This document shows positions 30,581 through 43,018 of a stretch of 64,000 bases of DNA, one piece after another (the stretch's first letter is position 1; every line of letters starts with the position of its first letter). Under the pieces are notes generated by a model that searched no databases, was not told where the DNA came from, and worked only from the letters and a program-made list of their open reading frames with translations. Source of the DNA: Klebsormidium nitens. Lineage: Eukaryota > Plantae > Klebsormidiophyceae. The stretch lies in assembly GCA_000708835.1 (NCBI GenBank), contig DF237122.1, forward strand, positions 96,850-160,849, given 5' to 3'. Position numbers and translations under genes: made by a program.

Positions 30581-32555
30581 GGTTCAGAAAAAGGAGAAAC
30601 CGAGAAAGCGCCCATGCACAGACCGTGTTGAGGTTGAGATTGTCAGTGTGTGTTTGATGTGCTCTTTCGATTTTGCTGGGGCACTGCATATTTTCGGAGT
30701 CGGTCTACGACTCTCAGAAGCGGACATGCAACAAACTAAGCCAGTGAGTCTGCGTGTCGATTTGATGAAGCAAGAATATGTTGGATCGACGCTCTCATTG
30801 AGCGGCCCTTAAAATAGGTATATCGTGTGTGTCGTACACTGAGACGCCCGCTTGGACGGCTGCCATGCCGCAGTCGCACGGGCCCGCCATCGTATAACGC
30901 ACCAGTTGCCCCTCGGGCCCACATGCTAGATACTTATGCGTATAGCTTTTGTCGTTTCGATTAACCGGCTGGTGTGAGACGCGCTGCACGAAAGGCAGCT
31001 GGGTCCATGCCAGGTGCAAGATGTCATGCACTGAAATTAGGGCATATCGATTCACTGATCGAGTCGACATGAGCAAAGAAGCTACTTAAGTCCATGGACG
31101 GTATGAAGTGCGCCCAGCATGGAGCCGCCGCCGGAATTCCATTGAAGTGTCTTTTTAACAGCTGAATGAATCATAACACTAGTATAAGTGTCGGACTGTC
31201 TCAATCTGGCGGCCGCACGGCAGGTGGGTGTACCGCAAGACGACTAAATTGCTCAATGATTAAGAACCGTCTGGCTAAAATGATCATATTGACCATCAAA
31301 TATCCTGGCCGCCCTGGCCGCGGCCCGGCCCTAGAGCTCATGCATACAGATCGATCAGAGACTTCACGCGGCACTTTTCAAACGCACGTACGACTTTCTG
31401 ATGTTTGGCGCTCGCCACCTCTTGTCGGCTATCATAACGCCGCTTTCGCATACAGACACGCATGATCTAGCAGCGAAATCAGCACATACGCGACTCAACA
31501 TAATTGAGTCCCGCGATGCAACGCGTACAATTGATCGGACTCCATTGCAATGCACTCTAAAAGAATGTCGGGTCTTTTCAATGCACCTTCGGATATTAAT
31601 GATCTATGCTCGGAAGCTTTGGTCCGACCCTTACTTTGCAGCAGGGCCCAGTCACACCTATGACGTCGAGGGCAACGGGCCCTGTCGATTGGAGTTCCGC
31701 AATGCCGCATTCCTTTCAACCTGAACAGAGCAGTAGTACATGTCTCAGCTTCCAGACATATCCGCCGCCAGCTTGCACTGACGTTGCACGTCAGCGGAGA
31801 GTTCATCTTGGTGCATAAGTTTACTCGAGACCCTATCTCACACGAAATACGTCCAAAGAAAACGAGGAGCGTTCGAGGAGCGAACGAAGCTGCAAACATG
31901 ACTCATCCTTCACGAATCTTTCGCTTCAAATCGTGCAAAAGCGCTTCTAACTTTCGGGCCAATGCAGTCCTACGCAAAATGGACTTGTTCAAAGAGACAC
32001 CAGAAATGCGCCTCTAAGCATGTTGACAGGCCCCAACCTGAAAGGGTACGCCTCTCCTGTCCAGATTGATTGGTTGTCGATGTTCATGCGTCGTGGTTAG
32101 ATCATTTTTGAGACTCAGTGGGTCCTCCGCCGATCGAAGCACAAAGCGCTCCCAGGAGCCATACACATGAGTTCCCTCAACACAGCACAATTCACTAACA
32201 AATTAAGTGAGAAAGGAGACTGGATTCAAAGCCTAACGCTCAGGATGCGCGAGAACAAAACTAATAGGCCTGGGTACACACGCTCCTGGATGCCAAACAA
32301 ATCAGACGTGAGAAAATGGACAACATTGTTGCTAAATCTTGTCCAGCGCTGAGTAGGCGCGGGTCGACAGCGAGTTGTCCCCTAGGGATTTTGACATGCG
32401 ACAAGAAATGACGAACACTTCGGATCAAGAACCGAGCAACAAGACGCCAACAGGCTTGATCCGCCCGCTGCTGCTCGGAGGCCTGAACAGGAATGGCAGC
32501 AAGCATCACGAGAGGTAAATACAGTCGAAACGAAGGGGGAAACGCGCTTTGTCAC

Positions 32556-34446
32556 CTGCTCATGCACTGCTTCGGACGCCCGACACGTGTCCTTGGCCAG
32601 CTTCTCCAGCCGTCCGAGCATCGCCCGGTAGAGTGTCTCGATCTCGAGCATCTGAGGGGGGGCCTCCCGCCCCACGAGGTTCCTCAGCTTTTCTAACGAG
32701 TACCCCTCCGTTTGCCGGTCCAGAACCGCCTGGTCTTCCAGGTAACTCCCCCCCGGTTCGTCGTCCCCACCCCCACTGCTGTCAGAAAAGGTTCTCGAGT
32801 GTGTGGAAAGGCCTACCCGGGGGGAATCCAAACCGCCAGGGTAGAGCGGAAGGGGGGGGAAGGGCGCGGTGGGAGAAAAGGAATCGAACTGCCCCCGGAA
32901 GAACGGCCCGATGTTGACGATGTTCACCGAGACGGGGTCAAAGTGCCAGGTGGCGCGTTTCCGGCACTGGAACAGCCTGTAGTCGTGCGTGTGCGTGGCC
33001 CGGTTGTGCGTTTGGAATGTGTCAAAGAGCGCAAACAGCAGCGGCCATTCGGGGCGGGGGGCTCCCGGGACTGCCGAGGAGACCCCCCGGAGAGAGGAGG
33101 TGACTGCGGCCTCGCGCATCGAGGGCCGCAGGGGAGTGTTATGACGCGCAACAAACCAGCCAATGACGGGATCCCGTCCCCCCTCCCCGATGCCCTCTCC
33201 TGCAACCCGTGCAAGTTGGGGGGGGTCTACGGCGCCGGAAGGATCATAGAAGCTGAAGAGGCGCCCCGAGCAGCAGAAACCGGTGACCGTTGCGGTGGTC
33301 TTTTGGCTGGAGGTCGCCTCCTCCTGGTCGCTCACAGTGCTGACCTGGCAGGGGGGACGAACTCTGTTGTGTCAAGGCGCAAGTCTTAGCATGATGAATA
33401 CGGGCCGCACCCAGAAGAACGGTCTTGTATAGCTTCAGGTTTGACCAACTTATGAAATGGGGATGATTGGAGGCTGCAAGTTTGCATTAAGTGAAGATAC
33501 ATGTGCCTGACGAGGGGATTTTCTTGCAAGGAGGTTTTTGTGTTGTTAGAGACAGTGGGGGGCTGCACAGAAGTGGGGGCCAACTTTTCATTTTTACTAG
33601 CATCTTGCCACCACCTTCCAACAGGTTCCTTGTGCCCCTGTGAAATGATCAGTCCTACAAATACTCGGGACTTGACCTTTGAGGCTTTCTGTTCTTGAAA
33701 TATCTGCAAAATATAATGCAGCTTCGGTGCAAGTACAAAATGCTGATTTAAACAATGCTGAGTGGTGGAAACAACAGTCCCCGACCTCATTGCATATCAC
33801 GGGAGACATGGTTGAAACCTTGTTTTGAGCGTCTGAGCTTGCCTCTACAGGTGGGAGGCACGCCCGCAGAGATACGAGTCATTCACAGTGCCCAACCAGG
33901 CGTCCATGAAGGAAAAGGCAGGACAGATTGAGCTCCGATGCTGAATTGAGACACTCCAAAAGTTGCTCCGCAGCTTCACATTCTAAAAAGTGCCCCCAAC
34001 AAGAACCGGTCCATTGATCGATACAAGCGAAGCGAGTAAACCACTGATGTACAGCGTTTCAGAAGTAGCCTTCCCGCGAACCCCCTTTATGCAATGGCAG
34101 TAATAGGCACCCCTAGATGGGAACCCCAAATTCAGATGGGGGGCAACAATTCTGGTCTGAATGTCTGCACAAACATCAGAAGGAAAGTCCTTTTTGAAAC
34201 AGCGACAACAATAGATGTGACACCGACGTAATTTGACTAGCCAAGCTTCCAAATTCATGAGCTGTTCCTTTAGGCAAGTGCCAAGACAGAAACCCTCACC
34301 ATTCTCTGGGCCACTCTCCCAAAGAGCAGCCCATCGACATCTCTGTCTGCAGCCAGAACATCGTGGAGAAGAGAGGCCAGCGTGGGTCCTGAGATATCCA
34401 CGGCGCGCAACATCATTGAGTCAGGGTCCACCGCCATCCTGCTCAT
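32556..34446 (-). CDS. Abraxas/FAM175 (BRCA1-A/BRISC subunit) MPN-minus family protein (exons 34446-34300, 33344-32556; terminal exon not resolved)
   Basis: It contains ISGPTLASLL, DVDGLLFG, ATVTGFCCSGRLFSFYD, VIGWFVARHNTPLRPSMREAAVT and ATHTHDYRLFQ, with a C-terminal helical YRAMLGRLEKLA. These match the plant Abraxas-like pattern as I recall it. The phase-0 junction is RM|VS. Confidence 0.8.
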
Positions 34447-34761
34447 AAAATTGTCTGCAACAGGCAGGAGGGCTTGTCCAACAAGCCTGCAGATCAAACA
34501 ATGCTACCCTTAGCTAGTGTAGCCAGCCATCATCCGCTGTCTGATCTCTTGTAAGCGCCACGGCCATCACTGCCGCCTCTGCCACTGATTCAAATTGGAG
34601 ATTCGCTCTTGCATAGAGCTGACTCATTGTCAACCTGTGCGCGCTCTTACGCGCGCAGTTGCTCATGCGCCCCGAGGGCCGAACGGCCGCGCCACGCGCT
34701 TGAAGTTGAACTTAGGCGCAGGCCGCGGCCGGGCGCCACCAATGTTGCAGTGCGACTTTGC

Positions 34762-34769
34762 TAGGGTTT
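34762..34769 (-). promoter_or_regulatory. Telo-box (AAACCCTA) in the Abraxas/COR413 bidirectional promoter
   Basis: TAGGGTTT lies between divergently transcribed start codons. The same 8-mer occurs at 22437-22444 (rhomboid/sulfotransferase spacer) and 12189-12196 (RGTA first coding intron). A short motif like this can occur by chance. Confidence 0.35.
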
Positions 34770-35129
34770 AGAGAGGTGCGGGATCTTAGCTGAGTCTGTG
34801 AAGTGACACTTGGCATCATCTCTGGCAATCCTCTCGATCTTGGCTTACTTGTAAGGCTGCCACGTCACAGACCGCGTGTACCACATGGCCCTCCACATCA
34901 TCATGCAGGTTCAAATTTATCTCCAAGGCTGCACCGCATTGGCCCGCATGCGCTCTGCGCAAGAAAGCGGTCGTCCCGGGACAACAATTTTGAATTTCGT
35001 GTTTCGGTTGCCTGCAATCTGCAAGAGATTGAGGTGAGGTCAGAGGCAGAGCTGCTTTTATCCTCTGCCTGCCTTTTGCTGGATTAGCGGGCAGCTACTG
35101 CCTGTTCTTGCTCATTTACCGCCCGAACT

Positions 35130-36561
35130 ATGGCTTCCTCCTGCGTCCTGCGCAGTGCCTTTGGCGTGCGCAATGCTGCCCTCTCGCCGACCCCCATGTC
35201 CCAGTCTCAGGTCCAGGCACGTGCAATTTGCGCCGCCCCTGCGCTGGTTGGAAAGAAGAGCTTGCCCCAGGTCAGAGCTATGAGGTCCTCTTCTGCTGAG
35301 TCAGCATTCGGTTCCTCTAGGCAGCTTCTTGGAGCCAGGACCCTGCCTGCGCAGATTCAAGCTAGCAGGTCTCAGCAGAAAGCCACAGGAGCCACTGGTG
35401 GCGCCCTTTCTTCCCAAGCTGCATACCCTGCCATCTTTGGCTTGGCCCCTGACACCCTGCAATGGATTTTCACTGTCGCCTCTACCGCACTCATGTTCCG
35501 GCTGCTTCCCCCAGTCTCCCACGCCCTCCTCGTCCCCGCTCTCTTCTTGAACCTCCCAGCAAGGGTCGTGGAAGTCATGAAGCAAGAAGCAGGGGCGTGG
35601 GTAGCAGTTGCCCTTGTGGTCCTGAAGCTGTTCTCATCTCAAGTCCCCAAGGCTTTCGACCTGCCTCTGGCAGTCCTCCTGAGCATCATCATTGCTCCGT
35701 ATGAGCTGCTCAGATTCCGTGGCACTCAGGGGGCAGGAATTGTGTCTCTAGCGATTGGGTAAGTGCATGAGTTAGAATGTTTACCCTTGAAAAGTTTCGT
35801 GCAATGCGCCATGGCCTGCAGGTAATCTGCTTCTTGCTTCGTGATGAGAATATTGGAAGAACGGCCTGTTGCTGGCTTTAACCTAGACTCAAAAACCTGT
35901 TGCCGCAAGAAATTGTACTGTCCTTGGCTGAGGCAGTTCCAAACCACCATCCAACTCTCCAGAATCTGACATCGTGCAGAAGGTTGACTGATATTTGGCT
36001 TGATGCGAGCAAGAAAACAGTGCATACTTCAGACCACAAGATTCTCAGTTCCACAGATACCCAAGTGCTTTTTTTGCAAGCACTGACATTCTAGTTGAAA
36101 AGTATCCTCTATGTTCTTAAACTTTGTGCTGTTGCAATGCTATGTGTCCATTCACGTAGCATTGCAACAGCATTCTTCATTCTTCTTTCAGCCTAGTGTA
36201 GTCAAGGTCTCCTCAGTTGGCTCACAGTGTCAAACCTCATTCTTTTAGGAGCGTAGGTAACTTACTGTCAAGCCTGGTTGCCGTGTCCGATTAACCAGGC
36301 CAGGCAGATCAAGTCAGATGCATGGAGCTAATGTAATTGAATCGTACTCTGGCAGCCATTTAACTTCGGCTACTGAGGCCGTCCTTCTTTCTGCACCTAA
36401 CGTCTTGCCCTACCAATTGCAGCATCTACATTGCCTACGACCATGTGACCGCCAACAAAGGTGTTGACAACACGATGAGATCTGACGTGTTGCCAACGAC
36501 TTTCGCTATCGCTCTTGTCTTGTTGATCCCAGCCGCTTTTCTGTTCGGCGCCTACGCCTAG
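35130..36561 (+). CDS. COR413IM: Cold-regulated WCOR413 family protein, chloroplast inner-membrane type (exons 35130-35758, 36423-36561)
   Basis: An S/A/R-rich transit peptide precedes LQWIFTVAS...LVPALFLNLPARVVEVMKQEAGAWVAVALVVLKLF...DLPLAVLLSIIIAPYELLRFRGTQGAGIVSLAIG|IYIAYDH, which is collinear with COR413-IM proteins. Confidence 0.85.
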
Positions 36562-38205
36562 TCCAATAAGTTGATTGAAATGGCACCTGTTTGGTTACTA
36601 TAGCTTCTGGTTCTCTGCAACATGTAGATACCATAAGATAGAACAAGGGCTTCAATCCTCAGGGTCTACCAGTGTTTGAAGACCAAACATCAATAAAGCA
36701 TCGACTAGTATGGGCCTCCTTACAACACATTGCTTTCATGAGCACGCAGCCTTTGTTTTAGAAGGGCAACCAGTACATAGCCTTGTAGATAGACCTGTTG
36801 TAAGTGTTTGTGAACAATCGTATAGGGACTCCGCGAGTTGTACTCGCCTAAGCCAGCTGGAAGGGAAAGGAGCACAGGTAATTTTAGTCCCTCCCTTTGG
36901 TGTCACTTGAATTCTTGAGTCTGATGCAGTTAGTTCTTTGCACAGTTGCAAGATTCGGATCAACTTTGCTCCAGGCAGCTTAATTGCAATTGCGGGCCTG
37001 CGGGCCACCATGAGCAGCAATTAACCAGGCAGAATGTTCATGCATCGACTTACGCAATGATATGACCCTTCGTGCAAAGACTTGCGCATTGCATGGTCAT
37101 TGCAGACAACAAGTGCCAATGCCGCATACAAGTTGAAAGCTTTTTAGTATACTACGCGGTTTATATCGACATGAAGCTCTAATAGACAAGACTCACCAAG
37201 TTATACAGGGGATTGGCTACAATCCGGCACCATGCAGTTCGCTGCATGTCGAGACAGGAAATCACTCAGACTGGAAAGCAAGCTGATTCGAACAAGACAG
37301 AAAATTATAAATCTCTAGGTTCAAACTAGGTAGTCCTTGACTAAAGCCATGCAGTCACTTAATTTGCAATGCAGTGCATTGCATGCACTGGTAGATGTGA
37401 CGTTCTCATGTAAGCTGTGGATCTCTGCACAGACAATCTTTTACAGGCGCTGGCATGGCTAGCTAGCATTTCACAAGGTGCATTCATTCGATCGCCTCCC
37501 ACACAAATGAGAATCTTAACCAATCCTTAAGCAGTAGAAGAATGCAGACTCAACAACTCAAGCGGCTAACATATACCAGTACCTGTCTTAGTACATGCGG
37601 GTACATGAGTGCTTTTTACAACACATGGTCAGATGGTTCTGCATATGGGTGCCCACTCATACAGCCCGCGCGAGCTGTCGGCACTGCTGATTCGAGTATT
37701 GCATTGGAACATCCACAGTTCCGCAGATTGATTGTATACACATTATGTGAAAAGACGCGAAAAGCTGGCAATTCCTTCATACCGTTGAAAATTATGATTG
37801 ATTCTGTAGTACAGAATCAATCGATTCGCATGTTATAGATAGGAGCTGATGCAGCTGCCAAGGTCTGTTTGGGCCGGCTTCCGTGTAACGTATGACATGC
37901 ACATCCATGGCCTTTCACTGGTGTGCAGCCGCATATGACAAGTACCCTTGCCGCCGTGGGCTTAGAGAACATACTCGGCGGGATGGAAGCTACTGCACAA
38001 GGAAACATACAATTGACGAAGGGGACGCTTAAACCAAACCAACGGTACTTGTGAGCGTTATGAAAGTATCTCTTGCTGGCAAGTTTCACGATCCCGAAGT
38101 TGGTGATCCTCTCAATCCAACTCACGACTCCTAAGTGGGGGACTGATCCAAGAAGGAACCTTTTCCTTGGAGATGCCGATGCTTTCGTAGTTCGCTGTAT
38201 GACGT

Positions 38206-41200
38206 CTATGGCTCGATGATGAAAAGTGGCTGCAAGGTGTGGCAGAAAGGAAAGTCAGGTGGAGTTCGAGGGGCACGTTGGTGCATGGAACCGTTCAGCA
38301 ATATTCGAACCAACCCCTGGATTGAGGAACGTGGAGTTAAAGGAAGGCATCGAAGCAGAGACAGCTCCTGTAAACGCCACACTGACCTCGACCTTGCTTG
38401 AGGGGTTTTGGTTGACTCATCGCAAGCACAGAACTCCGCCTTGCCCAAAAGATTATGTGTAACATGTCCTTTTATTGCCGAGGAACGCGGACACTGGTAT
38501 CAACTGCTGCGCCAGCTTACCGTTCCTGCCGCCACCGGCTTGGTATCCTCGGCCAGAATCTGCTTGACGGTTCCTGACTTGTCGGCCTGCATTAGACGAG
38601 AAGAGAGGATAGATGGTCAAATCACGATGCCCTCGGAATCCTTCAGGTGCCACCGACTGTCCCTGATGGAACGCATGTATATAATGACACCTGTGCAGTG
38701 CACGCTGCTCACTGCATGTACTCACAATGCCCTTTTCCACCAGAAAACGCAAAAGCGGGTAAATAGGTAAAGGGATTCAGAAGGGCTGAAAACAGCTGTG
38801 CGCAAGCTTCCTCTGGATAGAGTGCAAGAAACGCTCGTCAATGAACAGACCCCTAGGCAACAGTCCAGGTGCTCGGCTTCAACAAAGAGATAGACGGTTG
38901 GGTTGATAGAGCCTGTTCCCGCTGTAAGTGGCTTTTGTCGGTGAGAAGGCACCTGCACCATTGGTGGAAACGTGTGCTAGCTGGAACCGTTGAGGGGCCA
39001 GCTTACCTCGATTTCGTTCATAAGCTTCATAGCCTCTACGATGCAAATGGGCTGCCCCTTGACGACCCTGTCTCCCTCCTGCAAGACAAGCATACAATCA
39101 AAGGCTGACACATATCGCCCCGTTGCACAGGTTGTAGCGGTTCCTATGTGCAGAGGCAATGGCTTGCTCAATTCTAATCTCTGCTGTGTTTGGGTGCAGC
39201 GTGTGTGGCCTGATTGACCGTAACAGTGTCCTACCGACTGTATAGCACTGCTTGGAACTTGCTTTGCACAAAGGTGAATATTTGTTGTTGGGAAATCATC
39301 GTTACTTGACTGATCAGTTTGATGAAGTGTTCGAACCTTGAGGTGATAAGATTGGCCTCGAATGATGCCAGAGAAATACCCCCGTTGAAGGATAAAGCAC
39401 TCAACAGCTTTGCATATCTTAACGAATAATGGAAAATAACCGACAGAACTCTTTCAGCTTATCACTTTAATGAAGCCCAATTCCTTCAGCCCCATCTCTG
39501 CTGTTGTCAAGCAGCAGACCCCCGTGCTGTACTCGCTGTTCGTTTGCAGCAGAAGTGGACTGCCCTTGTTCCCACATATTGGACCAGCATCCACATCCGC
39601 AACTTACCTTCACAAACGGAGGCTCTCCTGGTGCGGGGCACCTGTAGAATGTCCCCGCCATGGGGGATGCTAGAGTGTGTCCCGACGCCGCAGGCGCAGG
39701 GGTAGGCGCCGGCGCAGCCGCAGGGGCTGCGGCGGGGGCAGGCGCCGCAGGGGGTGCGCTCTGCTGTTGTTGCGGGGGGGGACCGTAATTGAAGAACTGG
39801 GGTTGGGGCTGCTGAGCAGGAGCGGGGGCGGCGGCAGGGGTGAGCGCCTCCTTCTTCCGGATGACGATCTCAATGTCCTTGTGCTTCAGTTCGAGCTCGA
39901 CGATGTCGCGGGAGTCGACCAGCCTGGAGAGACAGGGGGGCTGCTCCTGAGCCTTTCTTTGAAAAGACGGCGTTGCAGCATGATTATTTTTATTTGGAGG
40001 GACGTTGCCTGAGCCCTTGTGCCCAGCCAGAAAATGCAGCATGCTGAAGTGGTAGGTTGGAAGGGTCCAGTAGTGGCCGAAGGCAAGCGGCTTTCGACGG
40101 TGCTTGAAGCAATGGCTTTGAGGGACCGCGTGCTTAACCCGCAGGAGCACAGGAGGACTTGCTTGGTGCTGAAAATTCGGCACCCAGGTGTTTCTACTAT
40201 GAACAGAGGCAGCCTCTGTAGCCTGACTCGCAGGTTCAGCGGCGCGGTTTTGAGCGCATGCGCCCAGCGCCCACCCCAATATTGTGTCGTGCTGGATGAG
40301 TGGCCGTCCCGCTGACTCTCAGAAACTTCGGCCATAGCTCCCTCTACACTTTCCACCATTCCACCATTCCAGCATTCGCTCGGCGATGTCTTCTTCGCAT
40401 GGCCTTCGGTGCCGCTGAAGCATACGCTTTGGGTTTAGGACCCAGAGGGGAATTCTGGACTCTAAGTTTCCTTGCAGATCTCTGAAATGACAGGTGCATT
40501 ACGGCTTGGCTAAAGAGATATGTGACACTATCTCTCTCTGCTTGATGGTCTGTCCATCACAAGCGGCCGCGTCCGCAAGCAAGAGTCCAAACGCACTCCA
40601 AGCATGCACCATAGAGACATGAAGGGTGCGTCCCTTCCGGCCCGCTACAAAGCAATGGCATAGGTTCTGCGGAGATGCGCAGAATGCAACTCATGCGGAC
40701 CACTCACTTGATGAGGCTAGTGACCGACTCGATGAATGCTGAGGTCTCCTCCTCGTCGGACGGCTCCTGCAGCACTGGCTCAGCCTCCTCTTTGGTGGCA
40801 ACCTACAAACAAGAAGGCATGACGGCTTCGGATGTTGCAACATGAGTCTGTGAAGCCAATGCACCAATGTGCTGTCATTCAGATTGCCTTCTATTGCAAC
40901 TGTAGCTCCAACACATCAATCATGCTGCCGAAGCCATGGATATGGAGGGAACTGAGCAAACTTGCATTCGCTCAATCAGAGTTTCTTTGTCTGCCATGCT
41001 GATCCTACGATGGACTGTAATGCCTCCAAGAACGGCCACAGTATTCTTCTGAAAGAAGGATAGATAGATCTACCATCGATATTACTGCAAGGGGCATTGC
41101 CGCTAGGTCCACATTACATCTTGCTAGACGGTGGGCTTTTGACAGACAACCAGCGTCTCTCATGAAAAGCTGAAAAGGACAGCATTGGCTGCCACTCACA

Positions 41201-41684
41201 TCATTCTGGGTTTCAGCAGTGATGGTCTGCCCCTTCGTTGCAGACCGCAAACCCAGCTGCACACAAGGTTGTACCAGAGCATGTGAGCATTTGTCCCTAA
41301 AAGCTCGATATATCACAACCTTGTCTCATCCCATGGACCTTGCAAGTGCTCACAACTCTGTCTTGTTCCCTCCTACAATCCAATGCATCGCCACATCAAA
41401 CCTGCTCAATGAAAAGCGCCCTGCATATACAAACCAACCGTTGTCGATTGCATTGCCCTGCATTGGACAGGAATAATACAACTCATGCCCCTCACATTTT
41501 GCTGGGCCGCAGTGTCTAGCCGGCTCCCGTTGAAGCTACTCCGAAGGGGTCCCTTCAGATTGGATCCAGCGTGGCCCGAGAATACCGATTGCCGCCCCCA
41601 GGGCCTCTCTCCGCCATTTCCACACTCAATGTGTAAGCCCCCCAAAGGCACCGCCGTCGCAGAGCTTACTACTGCTGTAGCCAT
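38206..41684 (-). CDS. BCCP: Biotin carboxyl carrier protein of plastid heteromeric acetyl-CoA carboxylase (exons 41684-41496, 40802-40708, 39923-39608, 39078-39007, 38586-38521, 38229-38206)
   Basis: It contains SLIK|LVDSRDIVELELK, a Pro/Ala linker, LASPMAGTFYRCPAPGEPPFVK, the biotinylation motif EAMKLM and a terminal PLFIIEP*. The N-terminus is transit-peptide-like; an extra small exon in intron 1 cannot be excluded. Confidence 0.92.
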
Positions 41685-43018
41685 TCTTGTAAGACCAACC
41701 GCTGCCGCTATATCCAACGCCTCTGAGCAGCGTCGTCCCTGCTGCTTCTACCTTGTTGACCAGTATATCATTCGACGTCGAGCAAATCTATCATATATCG
41801 ATCGCAGCACCCACTGAGGCGTTGGGGATGCCTCCTACAAAGCAATGCAGCGCCCCAATCACACACCACCTCTCTCTTCTCCTCCTTCGACTACCTAGTT
41901 GCAATTTGCTTCACAAAGCTAGTACCGTACGCGCGAGCACTGCAGGCTGTGCCCTCCCTGCCACGTCATGAGTAGCCATAGCCATACATGAGCTGGCATG
42001 ACGTAAGAAGTCACACGCTCGAGTCGATTCACATCAACCTCTTACGGTCTGCGTTGGCATCAGCCTTTACGTGTGAATTCTTCCCTATTTTCAAATTCCG
42101 AATTACAACTGTGAAGCATCCTTACCGCAAGATTGGCTACTTGTAAAACTTTGGACGGTATATATATCGATATCTATTCCAACTTTCAAGGCTCAGCAAG
42201 TTCCGGATCGAACGCTGATACATGCGCGCGCAGCTCGCAAAACTTTACAGGCAGGATCATCCTTGCACGTGCTGGTTGGTACCGGGGAGGACGGTACGTC
42301 CGTACCTGCGGTTGCCTGGGCTTCAACCAGCTTCAACGGCTCGCCTTCTTCTGACTTCAGTCTTCAGAGGAGCAACAGCAGATTTGCAGGCGCTATGCAG
42401 CGCTTTCTTTCCTTGTGATCGAGATGCACAGGGCACTGGAAAGCCGCTGAAAGTGGACGTACCTTACGAAGTACTGTGGAAAGGCACTGCCGGATGGTCT
42501 CGGTGTTTTTGTAAACGTTGCAAGCCTGATCTGCATGCCACAAGAGCATTGTTCGTTAGAGCACCCTGCATTCAAAGTTGCACGTCATCTGCTTGTTGTT
42601 GCGGTGATGCATTTGGGCAAGGTGACTCTCTGGACTCATAAACATGCAGGGTGATCCTGACTAAAGTGTGGAGTTGAGAAGGGAAAATGCAAGTTGTCGG
42701 TAGTTGTTGATGCAGCTGGGTGGCTGTCCAACTGGTGGTGAGGTTTCTCTGGAAGTGCCGCTTGAGGAGTCAAAGCGCCGACCCTTTCGATACCCGCACT
42801 GGCAGCTCAGGGCATGGCAACTGGAACGTGAGACAGAGGATGTGACCCTTGTGGCACCTGCTGCAATGTACATAGCTCGTTTGCTTCCATTCTGTGAATA
42901 GCTCGATAGATCTCCTTCAAAGCAGCACCAATGGCAGCTTCTGCAGCGCCTCTTCCCACAGCAGCTGTTTTGAGGGAACTACTAGGAGTGTAAATCGCTC
43001 ACACAGAGCTGTTGGCCC